This document shows positions 40,076 through 54,173 of a DNA stretch of 64,000 bases, one piece after another. The position numbers and the translations under genes were made by a program. The stretch's first letter is position 1. Each line of letters starts with the position of its first letter. This DNA comes from an uncultured Methylomirabilota bacterium (GTDB lineage: Bacteria; Methylomirabilota; Methylomirabilia; Methylomirabilales; 2-02-FULL-66-22), in contig OY970067.1 of the NCBI GenBank assembly GCA_963705305.1, positions 4,704,001 through 4,768,000 of the forward strand, in the 5' to 3' direction. The notes below the pieces were generated by a model. It worked only from the letters and a program-made list of their open reading frames with translations, was not told the DNA's origin and did no database searches.

Positions 40076-40140
40076 AGTGAAAAGAGAATAGCGATTGGGG
40101 TATCCACCCTGCTTCCCGGATAGACGATCCATAAGGAAAA

Positions 40141-43159
<3,019 letters not shown>

Positions 43160-43200
43160 ATACGGATCGGTGAAACAGAGTGGATACCCAATCGCTATTC

Positions 43201-43216
43201 AGTTGTCAAAGAGCAC
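43201..43216 (-). promoter_or_regulatory. spacer boxA antiterminator
   Basis: GTGCTCTTTGACAACT on minus strand, just before the 23S processing stem. Confidence 0.7.
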
Positions 43217-43269
43217 AGCCCCCATTCCTGGGAGCTCTCTTCACCATCGATCACACGCCACATCAGCGC

Positions 43270-43345
43270 TGGTGGAGATGAGCGGAATCGAACCGCTGAC
43301 CCCCTGCTTGCAAAGCAGGTGCTCTCCCGTCTGAGCTACATCCCC
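43270..43345 (-). tRNA. tRNA-Ala(TGC)
   Basis: G3:U70, CCTGC-TT TGC AA-GCAGG, CCA; rrn spacer. Confidence 0.96.
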
Positions 43346-43415
43346 ACAACCCAGTGTCGGAACACGGATAGCGGACGTCCAAATCCGCATTCGACATTCA
43401 ACATTCCGCAATGGG

Positions 43416-43492
43416 TGGTGGGCCTTCCTGGGATCGAACCAGGGACCTCACGCTTATCAAGCGTGCGCTCTAGCCAGCTGAGCTAAAGGCCC
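43416..43492 (-). tRNA. tRNA-Ile(GAT)
   Basis: CACGC-TT GAT AA-GCGTG, CCA; rrn spacer. Confidence 0.96.
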
Positions 43493-43717
43493 TCGTGGGT
43501 CGTTCATCCCCGGATCAGGCATCGTGCCCCTGGCAAGACGCCGCCGGCACTGCCGCCGGCCTTGACCCGCGATCCGCACGCCCATTCGACAGATCACGGG
43601 AAGAGGCAGCTCCTCTCCCCGCTGATGTGCGCGTCGATGAAAATATCATTGCTACCGGCTTGGGGTAAATCGACCAGCGAGCCTCGCAACCCTGCTCGAA
43701 AGCAGGGCGGGTCGGCT

Positions 43718-45281
<1,564 letters not shown>

Positions 45282-45387
45282 AAAAAACTCGCTCTCTCAT
45301 GCGAGAGATCTCGGACCACCCCGTCCTTGCGGACGGGTGTGGAATTGTGCGTGTGTCCACCCACAAGCCAGTAGCAATGATATTCGA

Positions 45388-45545
45388 TTGTCAGAGAACA
45401 GAAATGGCGGGCTGAGATGCCCCCGCCACATAATGTAGAACAACTGCCGCGAAGCTGTCAAGGTCTCTCGGAAGAAACCCGATATCCGGCAAGACCCTGT
45501 TTTTTACCAGTACTTCATAGAATTGTCAAGCCTTTTTTTCTTTCC
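45388..45545 (-). promoter_or_regulatory. rrn tandem promoters and leader boxA
   Basis: TTGACA (45524-45529)-N17-TAAAAA with A-rich UP tract; TTGACA (45456-45461)-N18-TACATT; boxA-like TGTTCTCTGACAA at 45388-45400. Confidence 0.7.
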
Positions 45546-45584
45546 AATCTAGATAAATCGACCGCCGTGAATTGCACCGTCTTT

Positions 45585-46826
45585 TCAGGGGGTTACCCGG
45601 ACGAATCGGCGCTTCCCCACTTGCAGGCGGTGCTCCTGATCCAGAAGTATGCGGGCATCCTCGTCTCTCAGGATCTCCCCGTCCACCTCCACACCACCCT
45701 GCCGGATCAGCCGCCTGGCTTCCGAGCTGCTCGCGGCCGCCCCCGCCAGAGTGATCAACCGGACGATCCATATTCTCCGGCCCGGCTCCAGGGCCTCCGC
45801 CGGGGGCGTGAACACGGGGGCATTCGCGGGAAACTTCCGGGCGCCGAACGTCTCGGCAAACCACCGAGCCGCCTCTGCGGCCGCAGGGGCGGAGTGATAC
45901 TGGGTGACGAGAGCCGTGGCCAACGTCACCTTCGCATCCCGCGGATGGGCCGTCCCCTCCGCCAGGCCCGAGCGCACGGCCTCGATCTCCTCCGGCGGGA
46001 TGGCCGTCGCCAGCTCCATGTACCGCAGGATCAGGCCGTCGGGAATCGACATCGCCTTTCCGAAGATGGCCTGCGGCGGCTCGTCGATCCCGATGTAGTT
46101 CCCCAGGCTCTTGCTCATCTTCTGCACGCCGTCGAGCCCTTCCAGGATCGGCAGCGTCATGATGACCTGCGGCTCCTGCCCGTATTCCCGCTGCAACTCC
46201 CGCCCGACGAGCAGATTGAATTTCTGGTCGGTCCCTCCCAGCTCGACATCCGCGCGCAGCGCTACCGAGTCGTAACCCTGGAGCAGGGGGTAGAGAAACT
46301 CGTGGATCCCGATGGGACGTCCCTCGGTGAACCGGTTGTGAAAGTCGTCCCGCTCCAGCATGCGGGCCACCGTCCACCGCGCCGCCAGGGTGATCATGCC
46401 CTCCGACCCCAGCGCCCTCCCCCAGCGGCTGTTGTAGTCGACGGTCGTCCGGACGGGATCCAGGATCTTGAAGATCTGCCGCTTGTAGGTTTCGGCGTTC
46501 TGCTGGATCTGCTCGGGGGTCAGCGGCTTCCGGGTCTCCGAGCGGCCGCTGGGGTCGCCGATCATGCCCGTGAAGTCTCCGATCAAGAAGATGATGTCGT
46601 GTCCGAGAGCCTGGAACTCGCGCAGCTTGTGGACTACTACGGTGTGCCCGATATGCAGGTCGGGCGCCGTGGGATCCAGCCCCAGCTTCACCCGGAGGGG
46701 CATCTGGGTCCGAAGCGACCGGCAGAGCTTCTCGAAAAGCTCCTCCTCCACCAGGAGGTCCACGCACCTGGCCTTGAGAATTCCCAACTGACGCCGGGCT
46801 TCGGTTTCAACCGCGGTTGCGTTCAT
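45585..46826 (-). CDS. tyrS: tyrosine--tRNA ligase
   Basis: GLDPTAPDLHIGH, YPLLQGYDS, GGTDQKFN, KMSKS, C-terminal S4 domain. Confidence 0.97.
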   Translation of the reverse strand: MNATAVETEARRQLGILKARCVDLLVEEELFEKLCRSLRTQMPLRVKLGLDPTAPDLHIGHTVVVHKLREFQALGHDIIFLIGDFTGMIGDPSGRSETRKPLTPEQIQQNAETYKRQIFKILDPVRTTVDYNSRWGRALGSEGMITLAARWTVARMLERDDFHNRFTEGRPIGIHEFLYPLLQGYDSVALRADVELGGTDQKFNLLVGRELQREYGQEPQVIMTLPILEGLDGVQKMSKSLGNYIGIDEPPQAIFGKAMSIPDGLILRYMELATAIPPEEIEAVRSGLAEGTAHPRDAKVTLATALVTQYHSAPAAAEAARWFAETFGARKFPANAPVFTPPAEALEPGRRIWIVRLITLAGAAASSSEARRLIRQGGVEVDGEILRDEDARILLDQEHRLQVGKRRFVRVTP

Positions 46827-46964
46827 GCACACGACCTCGTCTGCGGTCTCTGCGGCAGCGGCGGTTTGTATCACAGGTACGGCCGCTTCGCAATCAAAAA
46901 GAGCGCCCCGCAGGCAGGCGCGTCAGCTTTGCGAGGCCCGCTCTGTATGTTATAGTCCTTCATT

Positions 46965-49508
46965 ATGGCAGGGCGAGGGCGGACGCGCGCATCCTACTCC
47001 AGCCGCCAGGCCTTTCGACGGCGGCTGGTGATCTCCGGTCTCTGGACGCTCGGCATCCTCCTGGTCATCGGACTGGGGGCCGGCGCCGGCGTGTTCGCCG
47101 GATTTATCCGCGACCTTCCCAGTCTGCACGGGCTGGAGGAATATCAGCCCAGCATCGTCACCACCCTGTACGCGAACGACGGGGAGCCGTTCGCCTCGTT
47201 CTACGAGCAGCGGCGCATCCTGGTTCCGCTGGCCCAGATCCCCGTCCGGTTGAAGCAGGCCGTCCTGGCGGTCGAGGACGCCCACTTCTACCAGCACCAC
47301 GGCCTCTCCCCCAAAGCCATCCTGCGCGCCTTCGCCATGAACGTCCTGGCCCGGCGCAAGGCGCAGGGCGGCAGCACCATCACCCAGCAGCTCGCCCGGG
47401 TGCTGTTCCTGACCCCCGAAAAGAGCCTGTCGCGGAAGATCAAGGAGGCGCTCCTCGCCGTCGAGATCGAAAAGCACTACTCCAAGGACAAGATCCTGGA
47501 GATGTACTTCAACCAGGTCTATTTCGGCCACGGGGCCTATGGGGTCGAGGCGGCGGCGCAGACCTACTTCCGGAAATCGGTTGGCCAGCTCACGCTGGCC
47601 GAGGCGGCCATGCTGGCCGGCCTGCCCAGCGCCCCGGGCCGGTTCTCCCCCATCGTCAATCCCGAGCTGGCCCGGCGCCGCCGCGCGCACGTGCTGAGCC
47701 GGATGGTGGAGCAGAAGTTCATTACCCAGGCCGAAGCCGATGCGGCGAACCAGGTTCCTTTCGACAGCAGCCTGTACGCCCGGTCCGACACCGTCGCCCC
47801 CTACTTCGTCGAGCACGTCCGTCAGCTGCTGGAGGACGAGTACGGCGCGTACGCCCTGTACAACAGCGGGCTGAAGGTCTACACCACCCTCGACCTCAGA
47901 ATGCAGCACGCCGCGGAGGCCGCCCTGGTCGGCGGCCTGCGGGACATCGATAAGTCGCGCGGCCTGCGGCCCCGCGCAGAGCGCCTGGCGGCGTCGGCGC
48001 GGCCGCGCCCGGGCCCCTTTACGCCGCAGACGGGCCAGATCCTGTCCGGCACGATCGCGCGCGTCACCCCCAGCGTCCTGGAGGTTCAGCTGGGCCGGTT
48101 CCTGGGCCAGATCTCCCTGGAGAGTGCGCCGTGGACCAAGCTCACGAGCTTCGCCTCCGCCTTCCAGAAGGGCGATCCAGTGCTGGTGCGGGTCCAGAGC
48201 GTGGACGAACGGCGAAAGCTGGTCGAGCTGTCGCTGGAGCAGGAACCGGAGATCGAGGGGGCGTTCGTGGCCCTGGACCCGCGGGACGGCTCCGTCAAGG
48301 CCATGATCGGCGGATACAGCTTCGAGCGCAGCAAGTTCAACCGGGCCACCCAGGCCAAGCGGCAGCCGGGTTCGGCCTTCAAGCCCATCGTGTATGCCAC
48401 GGCTTTTGACCAGGGGCTGACCCCCTCCACGATCATCGAGGACTCGCCCGTCAGCTTCCACTTCCGGGTGGGGGATAAGGTGGTCGAGTGGGCCCCGGAA
48501 AACTATGACCGCAAATTCCGCGGGCCCATGACCCTCCAGCGCGCCCTGGAGAACTCCATCAACGTCGTCGCGGTCAAGCTGATGGAGCGAGTGGGGGCGG
48601 AGGCGGTCATCCGCATGGCACACCAGATGGGCATCCAGAGCGATCTGCGTCAGGAGATTGCCCTGGCCCTGGGTGTCTCCGAGGTCACCCCGCTGGAGCT
48701 GGTCTCGGCCTACGGGGTGCTGGCGGACGGGGGGCTGCGCGCCGAGCCGTTCGCCATCCGGAAGGTCACCGACAGCCAGGGCCGGACCCTCGAGGAGCAC
48801 GTCGTCCAGCCGCAGGAAGTCATGCGGCCCGAGACCGCCTACGTGACGGTGAACGCCATGAAGGGAGTCGTCCAGCGCGGGACGGCCGTCCGCGCCCGCG
48901 TGCTGAATCGTCCCCTGGCCGGCAAGACCGGCACCACTTCGGAGGCGACCAACGTCTGGTTCGTCGGCTTCACTCCCAGTCTGGTCGCCGGCGTCTGGGT
49001 AGGGTACGACGTGAAGCGGTCCCTGGGTCCGGCCGAGACGGGCAGCCGGATGGCCCTCCCGATCTGGATTCACTTCATGCAGGAGGTCCTGGATGACTCC
49101 CCCCCGGAAGACTTCAAGATCCCGGACAACGTGGTGGCTGTCTCGGTGGATCTGATGACGGGCCGCCCCGTCCCTCCGGGAGAAAAAGGGGCTATCCGGG
49201 AGTATTTCATCCGCGGCACCGAGCCAGCCGCGGTCCAGGCAGAGCGCCATCCGGACGTCGGCACGCCGACCGGCCCGGTCGCGGTCCCGCCAGACACCTC
49301 CCCTGCCCTCTCACCCGGCCCGCCCCCCGCCGCTTCCCTGCCCCCGGCCGCCCGCCCCGTGGAGGAGACGCGGGATGCCTCGTCTGGTCCGCTCCCCCGC
49401 CCGGTGCAGGCTGCCGGAACGGTGCTCCCAGACCGCAGCGTCCCCCTCGTCTCGTCGAAGCCGGCAGTCCCGGCCGCACCCGTTCCCCCGCAGGCCGGCG
49501 ATCGGTAG
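46965..49508 (+). CDS. mrcA: class A penicillin-binding protein 1A with S1/OB insert
   Basis: EDAHF, GGSTITQQ, RKIKE; SAFK, SIN, KTG transpeptidase motifs; Pro-rich tail. Confidence 0.93.
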   Translation: MAGRGRTRASYSSRQAFRRRLVISGLWTLGILLVIGLGAGAGVFAGFIRDLPSLHGLEEYQPSIVTTLYANDGEPFASFYEQRRILVPLAQIPVRLKQAVLAVEDAHFYQHHGLSPKAILRAFAMNVLARRKAQGGSTITQQLARVLFLTPEKSLSRKIKEALLAVEIEKHYSKDKILEMYFNQVYFGHGAYGVEAAAQTYFRKSVGQLTLAEAAMLAGLPSAPGRFSPIVNPELARRRRAHVLSRMVEQKFITQAEADAANQVPFDSSLYARSDTVAPYFVEHVRQLLEDEYGAYALYNSGLKVYTTLDLRMQHAAEAALVGGLRDIDKSRGLRPRAERLAASARPRPGPFTPQTGQILSGTIARVTPSVLEVQLGRFLGQISLESAPWTKLTSFASAFQKGDPVLVRVQSVDERRKLVELSLEQEPEIEGAFVALDPRDGSVKAMIGGYSFERSKFNRATQAKRQPGSAFKPIVYATAFDQGLTPSTIIEDSPVSFHFRVGDKVVEWAPENYDRKFRGPMTLQRALENSINVVAVKLMERVGAEAVIRMAHQMGIQSDLRQEIALALGVSEVTPLELVSAYGVLADGGLRAEPFAIRKVTDSQGRTLEEHVVQPQEVMRPETAYVTVNAMKGVVQRGTAVRARVLNRPLAGKTGTTSEATNVWFVGFTPSLVAGVWVGYDVKRSLGPAETGSRMALPIWIHFMQEVLDDSPPEDFKIPDNVVAVSVDLMTGRPVPPGEKGAIREYFIRGTEPAAVQAERHPDVGTPTGPVAVPPDTSPALSPGPPPAASLPPAARPVEETRDASSGPLPRPVQAAGTVLPDRSVPLVSSKPAVPAAPVPPQAGDR

Positions 49509-49519
49509 CCCAGACGCGA

Positions 49520-50389
49520 TTACCCCCCCCGGATCGATTGCTCGAATGCCAGGAGTGTGTTGCGGAGAAGCATCGCCACCGTCATGGGGCCGACGCCTCC
49601 GGGGACCGGCGTGATGGCGGACGCCACCTGAGAGGCGGACGCGAAGTCCACGTCCCCGATCAGCTTTCCCTCCACCCGGTTGATCCCGACGTCGATGACC
49701 ACGGCGCCAAGCTTCACCATATCGCCGGTGATCAGGCGCGGCCGCCCCGCGGCCGCCACCAGGATGTCCGCGCGCCGGGTCTCGGCACCGAGATCCGCGG
49801 TGCGCGAGTGGCAGATGGTCACAGTGGCGTGGCGGTGCAGCAGGAGAAACGCCACCGGCTTGCCCACGATCTCGCTGCGTCCCACCACCACCGCGTGCGA
49901 TCCGCGGATCTCGATTCCCTCTCGATCCAGCAGCTCGAGGATGCCTGCCGGAGTGCACGAGACGAAGCGAGCCTGATTCTCCACCAAACGCCCGATGTTG
50001 GTGAAGGTGAAGCCGTCCACATCCTTCCGGGGATCCACCGCCTCCAGGACGGCCCGCTCGTCCAGATGCCCGGGGAGGGGGAGTTGGACCAGGATCCCCT
50101 GGATCTCGGGGTCGACGTTCAATCCACCAACGACCGCCGCCAGATCCTCTTGGCCCACATCCCCGGGCGGACTGATCTGCCGCAAGACGATGCCGACCTC
50201 CTGGCAGGCCCTGGTCTTGGCGCGGACATACGTGGCGGAGGCCGGGTCGTCGCCGACCAGGACCACCGCCAGGCCGGGGACCCTGCCCGTCCTTTCGCGC
50301 AGCGCCCGCACGCGCTGGGCCACCTCCTCCCGCACCTTGGAGGCGGCCGCCTTTCCGTCGATGAGTCGCGCGCTCATGTCTGGCTCCAT
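49520..50389 (-). CDS. folD: methylenetetrahydrofolate dehydrogenase/cyclohydrolase
   Basis: [35 protein letters not shown]. Confidence 0.97.
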   Translation of the reverse strand: MEPDMSARLIDGKAAASKVREEVAQRVRALRERTGRVPGLAVVLVGDDPASATYVRAKTRACQEVGIVLRQISPPGDVGQEDLAAVVGGLNVDPEIQGILVQLPLPGHLDERAVLEAVDPRKDVDGFTFTNIGRLVENQARFVSCTPAGILELLDREGIEIRGSHAVVVGRSEIVGKPVAFLLLHRHATVTICHSRTADLGAETRRADILVAAAGRPRLITGDMVKLGAVVIDVGINRVEGKLIGDVDFASASQVASAITPVPGGVGPMTVAMLLRNTLLAFEQSIRGG

Positions 50390-50448
50390 GCTACCCGACC
50401 GAGGCAGCCGAGGAGAGCCCCGGTGCCCGCAGGCATGGGCCGGACGGG

Positions 50449-51225
50449 CTAGTCATCCTGGATCTGGAGCCGGGCGATGCGCTGGGCCCGCCCGTCCTCG
50501 CCGATATCCAGGACCACCCCGCAGAGCTGCGCCGGCCCCTCCGCCGGCGTGAACCGGTTGGGAATCTGGGTGAGAAACCGCCGGATGGCGTCTTCCCGCC
50601 GGATCCCGATGACCGAATCCCGGGGGCCCGTCATGCCGACGTCGGTGATGTAGGCGGTTCGCCGGGGCAGGATCCGCTCGTCGGCCGTCTGCACGTGGGT
50701 GTGGGTGCCGAGCACCGCCGACACCCGGCCGTCCACGTACCAGGCAAAGGCCTGCTTCTCCGCCGTGGCCTCGGCGTGGAAATCCACCAGGATGATATCG
50801 GTGACCCGCTGGAGCTCGGCCAGCTCCCGGTCGGCCGCCTTGAAGGGGCAATCGATGGCGGGGAGAAAGGCCCGCCCCTGGAGATTCAACACCCCCATCA
50901 GGCGGTTCCCCTTTCGCAGGATGTGGGCGCCGCTGCCGGGAACCTCCTCCGGATAATTGGCCGGCCGCAGGACGCGCGTTTCTCGCGCCAGGTACCCTGC
51001 AGCCTCCTTCCGGTCCCAGACGTGGTTGCCGGAGGTCAGCAGATCGATGCCGAGACCGAAGAGCTCCTCGCCGATGGACGGCGTAATCCCAAAGCCGCCG
51101 GCCGCGTTCTCCGCATTGGCGAGCACAAACTCCGGCTCGTGGGCCGCCACCATCGCTTTCAGGTGGCGCGAGACCATGCTGCGGCCGGCCTGGCCGACGA
51201 TATCGCCGACGAACAGAATCCTCAT
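50449..51225 (-). CDS. ymdB: YmdB-like metallophosphoesterase
   Basis: [39 protein letters not shown]; follows rny. Confidence 0.9.
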   Translation of the reverse strand: MRILFVGDIVGQAGRSMVSRHLKAMVAAHEPEFVLANAENAAGGFGITPSIGEELFGLGIDLLTSGNHVWDRKEAAGYLARETRVLRPANYPEEVPGSGAHILRKGNRLMGVLNLQGRAFLPAIDCPFKAADRELAELQRVTDIILVDFHAEATAEKQAFAWYVDGRVSAVLGTHTHVQTADERILPRRTAYITDVGMTGPRDSVIGIRREDAIRRFLTQIPNRFTPAEGPAQLCGVVLDIGEDGRAQRIARLQIQDD

Positions 51226-51229
51226 CCAG

Positions 51230-51262
51230 TTTCGAATTTCGAAATTCGAATTTCGAAATTCG
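51230..51262. repeat. self-complementary heptamer tandem (WTTCGAA, about 4.7 copies)
   Basis: TTTCGAA TTTCGAA ATTCGAA TTTCGAA ATTCG fills the rny-ymdB gap. Confidence 0.85.
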
Positions 51263-51265
51263 CCG

Positions 51266-52828
51266 CTAGCGGGCGTATTCCACTGCTCGCGTCTCCCGGA
51301 TGACCGTCACCTTGATCTGTCCGGGATACTCCATCTCGTTCTCGATGCGCTTGGCGATGTCGCGGGCCATGACGTACGCGGCCTGGTCGTTGATCTGCTC
51401 GCTCTCGACCACCACCCGGATTTCCCGTCCGGCCTGGACCGCAAAGCATTTCTCAACGCCCTTGAACGAGGTCGCGATCTCTTCCAGCTTGGCCAGGCGC
51501 TTGACATACGTCTCCATGATCTCGCGCCGGGCGCCCGGCCGGGCCGCGGACAGGGTATCGGCGGCCTGCAGCAGCACGGCTTCCGGATACTGGGGCGCAA
51601 CCTCTTCGTGGTGCGCGGCGATGATGTTGATGACGCGCGCGTCCTCGTTGTACTTCTTGGCCAGTTCGGCGGACAGCAGCGCGTGGGAGGTTTCGCTCCC
51701 CTGGTCCGCGGCCTTGCCGATGTCGTGCAGGAGCGCGGCCCGCTTCACGGCCTTGACGTCCAGTTTCAGCTCGGCGGCCAGGAGTCCGGCCAGCGTCGCC
51801 ACCTCCTTGGTATGGGCCAGCTGGTTCTGGGAATAGCTGTACCGGTACTTGAGCCGGCCGACCATGCGGACCAGCTCGGGATGCAGCCCGGTGATGCCCA
51901 GCTCGAAGCAGGCCTGCTCCCCCGCCTCGCGGATGTCTTTCTCGACCTCTTTGACGACCTTCTCGACCGTCTCCTCGATGCGGGCGGGATGGATGCGACC
52001 GTCCTGGATCAGGCGCTGGATGGCCACCCGGGCGACCTCGCGCCGGACCGAGTCGAACCCCGAGAGGATGATCGTCTCCGGCGTGTCGTCTACGATGATA
52101 TCGATGCCGGTGGCCTTCTCCAGGGCCCGGATGTTGCGGCCCTCGCGGCCGATGATGCGGCCCTTCATGTCGTCGCTGGGCAGGTCCACCACCGAGACGG
52201 CGGCCTCGGCGACATACTCCGAGGCGATCCGGCAGATGGCCCGGCCGATGATCTGTTTGGCCCGCTCCTCCCCCATCTCGTTGGCCGCGTCCTCGATCCG
52301 CTTGACCCGGCTCGCCGCCCGGAGTTTGGCCTCTTCCTCCAACGCCAGGAAGAGCTGGCTCTTGGCCTCTTCCGAGGTCAGACCGGCGATCTGCTCGATC
52401 CGTCGTGTCGCCTCCTCCACTAGGTGATGCCAGTGCGACTCCTGCTGGGTCACGCTCTGCTCCCGGTTCCGCAGCTCCTGTTCGTGGCCGGTCTGCTCCC
52501 GCTCGCGACGATCCAGCACCTCCAGCTTGCGGTCGAGGATCTCCTCCCGCTGGTTCAGCCGCCGCTCCACACTTTGGATTTCCTCCCGCCGCGCGTGGGA
52601 CTCCTGCTCGAATTCGGTCCGCGCCTGGAGCGTCTTGTCCTTGATCTCCAGGTCGGCCTCCCGGCGGCGCGCCTCCACTTCGCGCTCGGCCTCGCGGATG
52701 ATCAGCTTGGCCTGGTTCGCCATATCCTGCTTCAGCCGGTTCTGTCGCCAGCGCTCCAGGAGCAGGCCGATTGCCGCCCCGGCCAGTACCAGCACCAGCG
52801 CCAGTACGATCATTTTCCAGATGTCCAC
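51266..52828 (-). CDS. rny: ribonuclease Y
   Basis: TM + coiled coil + KH (KGRIIGREGRNIR) + HD (LHDIGK), SAARPGAR, YPGQIKVTVIRE. Confidence 0.97.
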   Translation of the reverse strand: MDIWKMIVLALVLVLAGAAIGLLLERWRQNRLKQDMANQAKLIIREAEREVEARRREADLEIKDKTLQARTEFEQESHARREEIQSVERRLNQREEILDRKLEVLDRREREQTGHEQELRNREQSVTQQESHWHHLVEEATRRIEQIAGLTSEEAKSQLFLALEEEAKLRAASRVKRIEDAANEMGEERAKQIIGRAICRIASEYVAEAAVSVVDLPSDDMKGRIIGREGRNIRALEKATGIDIIVDDTPETIILSGFDSVRREVARVAIQRLIQDGRIHPARIEETVEKVVKEVEKDIREAGEQACFELGITGLHPELVRMVGRLKYRYSYSQNQLAHTKEVATLAGLLAAELKLDVKAVKRAALLHDIGKAADQGSETSHALLSAELAKKYNEDARVINIIAAHHEEVAPQYPEAVLLQAADTLSAARPGARREIMETYVKRLAKLEEIATSFKGVEKCFAVQAGREIRVVVESEQINDQAAYVMARDIAKRIENEMEYPGQIKVTVIRETRAVEYAR

Positions 52829-53152
52829 GGAATATCCTCCCTCCTCCGTGTCCTTTTACAGGGCAGGTCCGACATTTCGGGCCGGCCCGTCGTCCCCCCT
52901 CCATCTTCCCGGGCACCGCCGGTCGAGCGCGCAGGCGATCCGCGTGGTCCGATGGCCCGCTGGCCGCGCGCCCATCCGGCGGTCCGGGACGCCGGCAGCA
53001 CCGCCAGCGTGACCCAGCCACACAGGCCGGGCCTCTCGAGGAATCATGCGCAGGGACGGATGAACTTCAGGACAGAGAAGGGCTGGAACGAGGATCAGGC
53101 CGGCGCTAGGCCGGCCTGCCGGGCGGGAACGTATCCTGTGCTGAAAAAGATG

Positions 53153-53341
53153 GAACCCCTACCCTTGTGCCGTGTGCCGTTCCTTGTTTGAACCTGGAAA
53201 ACCAGGTGGGAATCCCGCAAGCGCCTTAGGCTTCCCTTCCGCCTGAACGGACGGGCCTGCTCACGGCGTCCTGAGGAGGATCCCCCTTCTGAGGGTGTTG
53301 GCTCAAAAAGCGTTACGGCATCACGCGCACGGTAGGGGTTC
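53153..53341 (-). ncRNA. ssrS: 6S RNA
   Basis: about 190-nt rod closed by GAACCCCTACC/GGTAGGGGTTC, central TGAGCCAACAC..CCCACC..GGTTCA; directly downstream of zapA. Confidence 0.85.
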
Positions 53342-53443
53342 TCGTCATCTCGTATAGCTGGAAGCCACGCTAGCACAGGCCGATCCTCGCTGCAAGCCCT
53401 TTCTGCACCCCGTCCACCGTCCCGACGTGCAGCCGTCGCGCCC

Positions 53444-53740
53444 TTAGCGGGCGACGTTTGCGCGGTGCAGCAATTGGAAGATCCCGTCGATCCGGGCGAG
53501 CACTTCCTGCTCGACCCGCTGAGCCTCCTGCGTGTGTTTGAACAACTCGTCCGCAATGTTCAAGGATGCCAATACGGCCACCTTGGCGGGAACGAGCGAC
53601 GGACCCTCTTTGGCGACCGCGCGGAATTTGTCATCGACGTATTCCGCCACGCGCTGCAGGTACGCCGGATCATCGGTCGAGCGCAGCGTATATCGCTCTC
53701 CGAAGATCTCGACCTCGGCCCCTCGCTCGCCTGGCTTCAT
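53444..53740 (-). CDS. zapA: cell division protein ZapA
   Basis: VEIFGERYTL, VAEYVD, AVLASLNIADE. Confidence 0.92.
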   Translation of the reverse strand: MKPGERGAEVEIFGERYTLRSTDDPAYLQRVAEYVDDKFRAVAKEGPSLVPAKVAVLASLNIADELFKHTQEAQRVEQEVLARIDGIFQLLHRANVAR

Positions 53741-54045
53741 GTGCCGGACCCCTGAGCGCCGGCACCCTGGACGGCGGACTCCAGGCGGGCGATCTCCGCC
53801 AAGAGCCCCTCCACCCGACCCCGGATCTCCTCCCGCTCGGTCCGCAGGCGGGCCGCGTCACCGGCCGCACGCTCCCGCTCGCTCCGCAGCGCGGCGTTCT
53901 GCTGCTCGTGCGAGCGAAGATCGGTCTGAAGCGCCTGGAGCTTGGCCTGCAGGGCATCGCGCTCGCCGCGGACCTGCGCCAGCTCCGCCAGGGTCTCGCG
54001 AACCTTGGCCTCCAGTGCCTGCAACTTCTCCAGCAGCACGTCCAT
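53737..54045 (-). CDS. ZapB-like coiled-coil protein
   Basis: all coiled coil, EREEIRGRVEGLL; overlaps zapA start (ATGA). Confidence 0.75.
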   Translation of the reverse strand: MDVLLEKLQALEAKVRETLAELAQVRGERDALQAKLQALQTDLRSHEQQNAALRSERERAAGDAARLRTEREEIRGRVEGLLAEIARLESAVQGAGAQGSGT

Positions 54046-54173
54046 CGCTCTTGACTCCCCCCGATCCGCTCAGAACCTAGCAAAGCCTCAAAGCTTTGTA
54101 AAGGACGATTTCTCCCTTCCTGCGCGGGGAGCGGCGGCCGGAGGCCGTGGCGCACGCCGTCGGGAGAGGAGGC

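Noticed and set aside
46896..46921. Possible T-box or attenuator before tyrS
   Set aside because: Only a 5-6 bp stem, no T-box motif, and no room because of the divergent PBP1A gene
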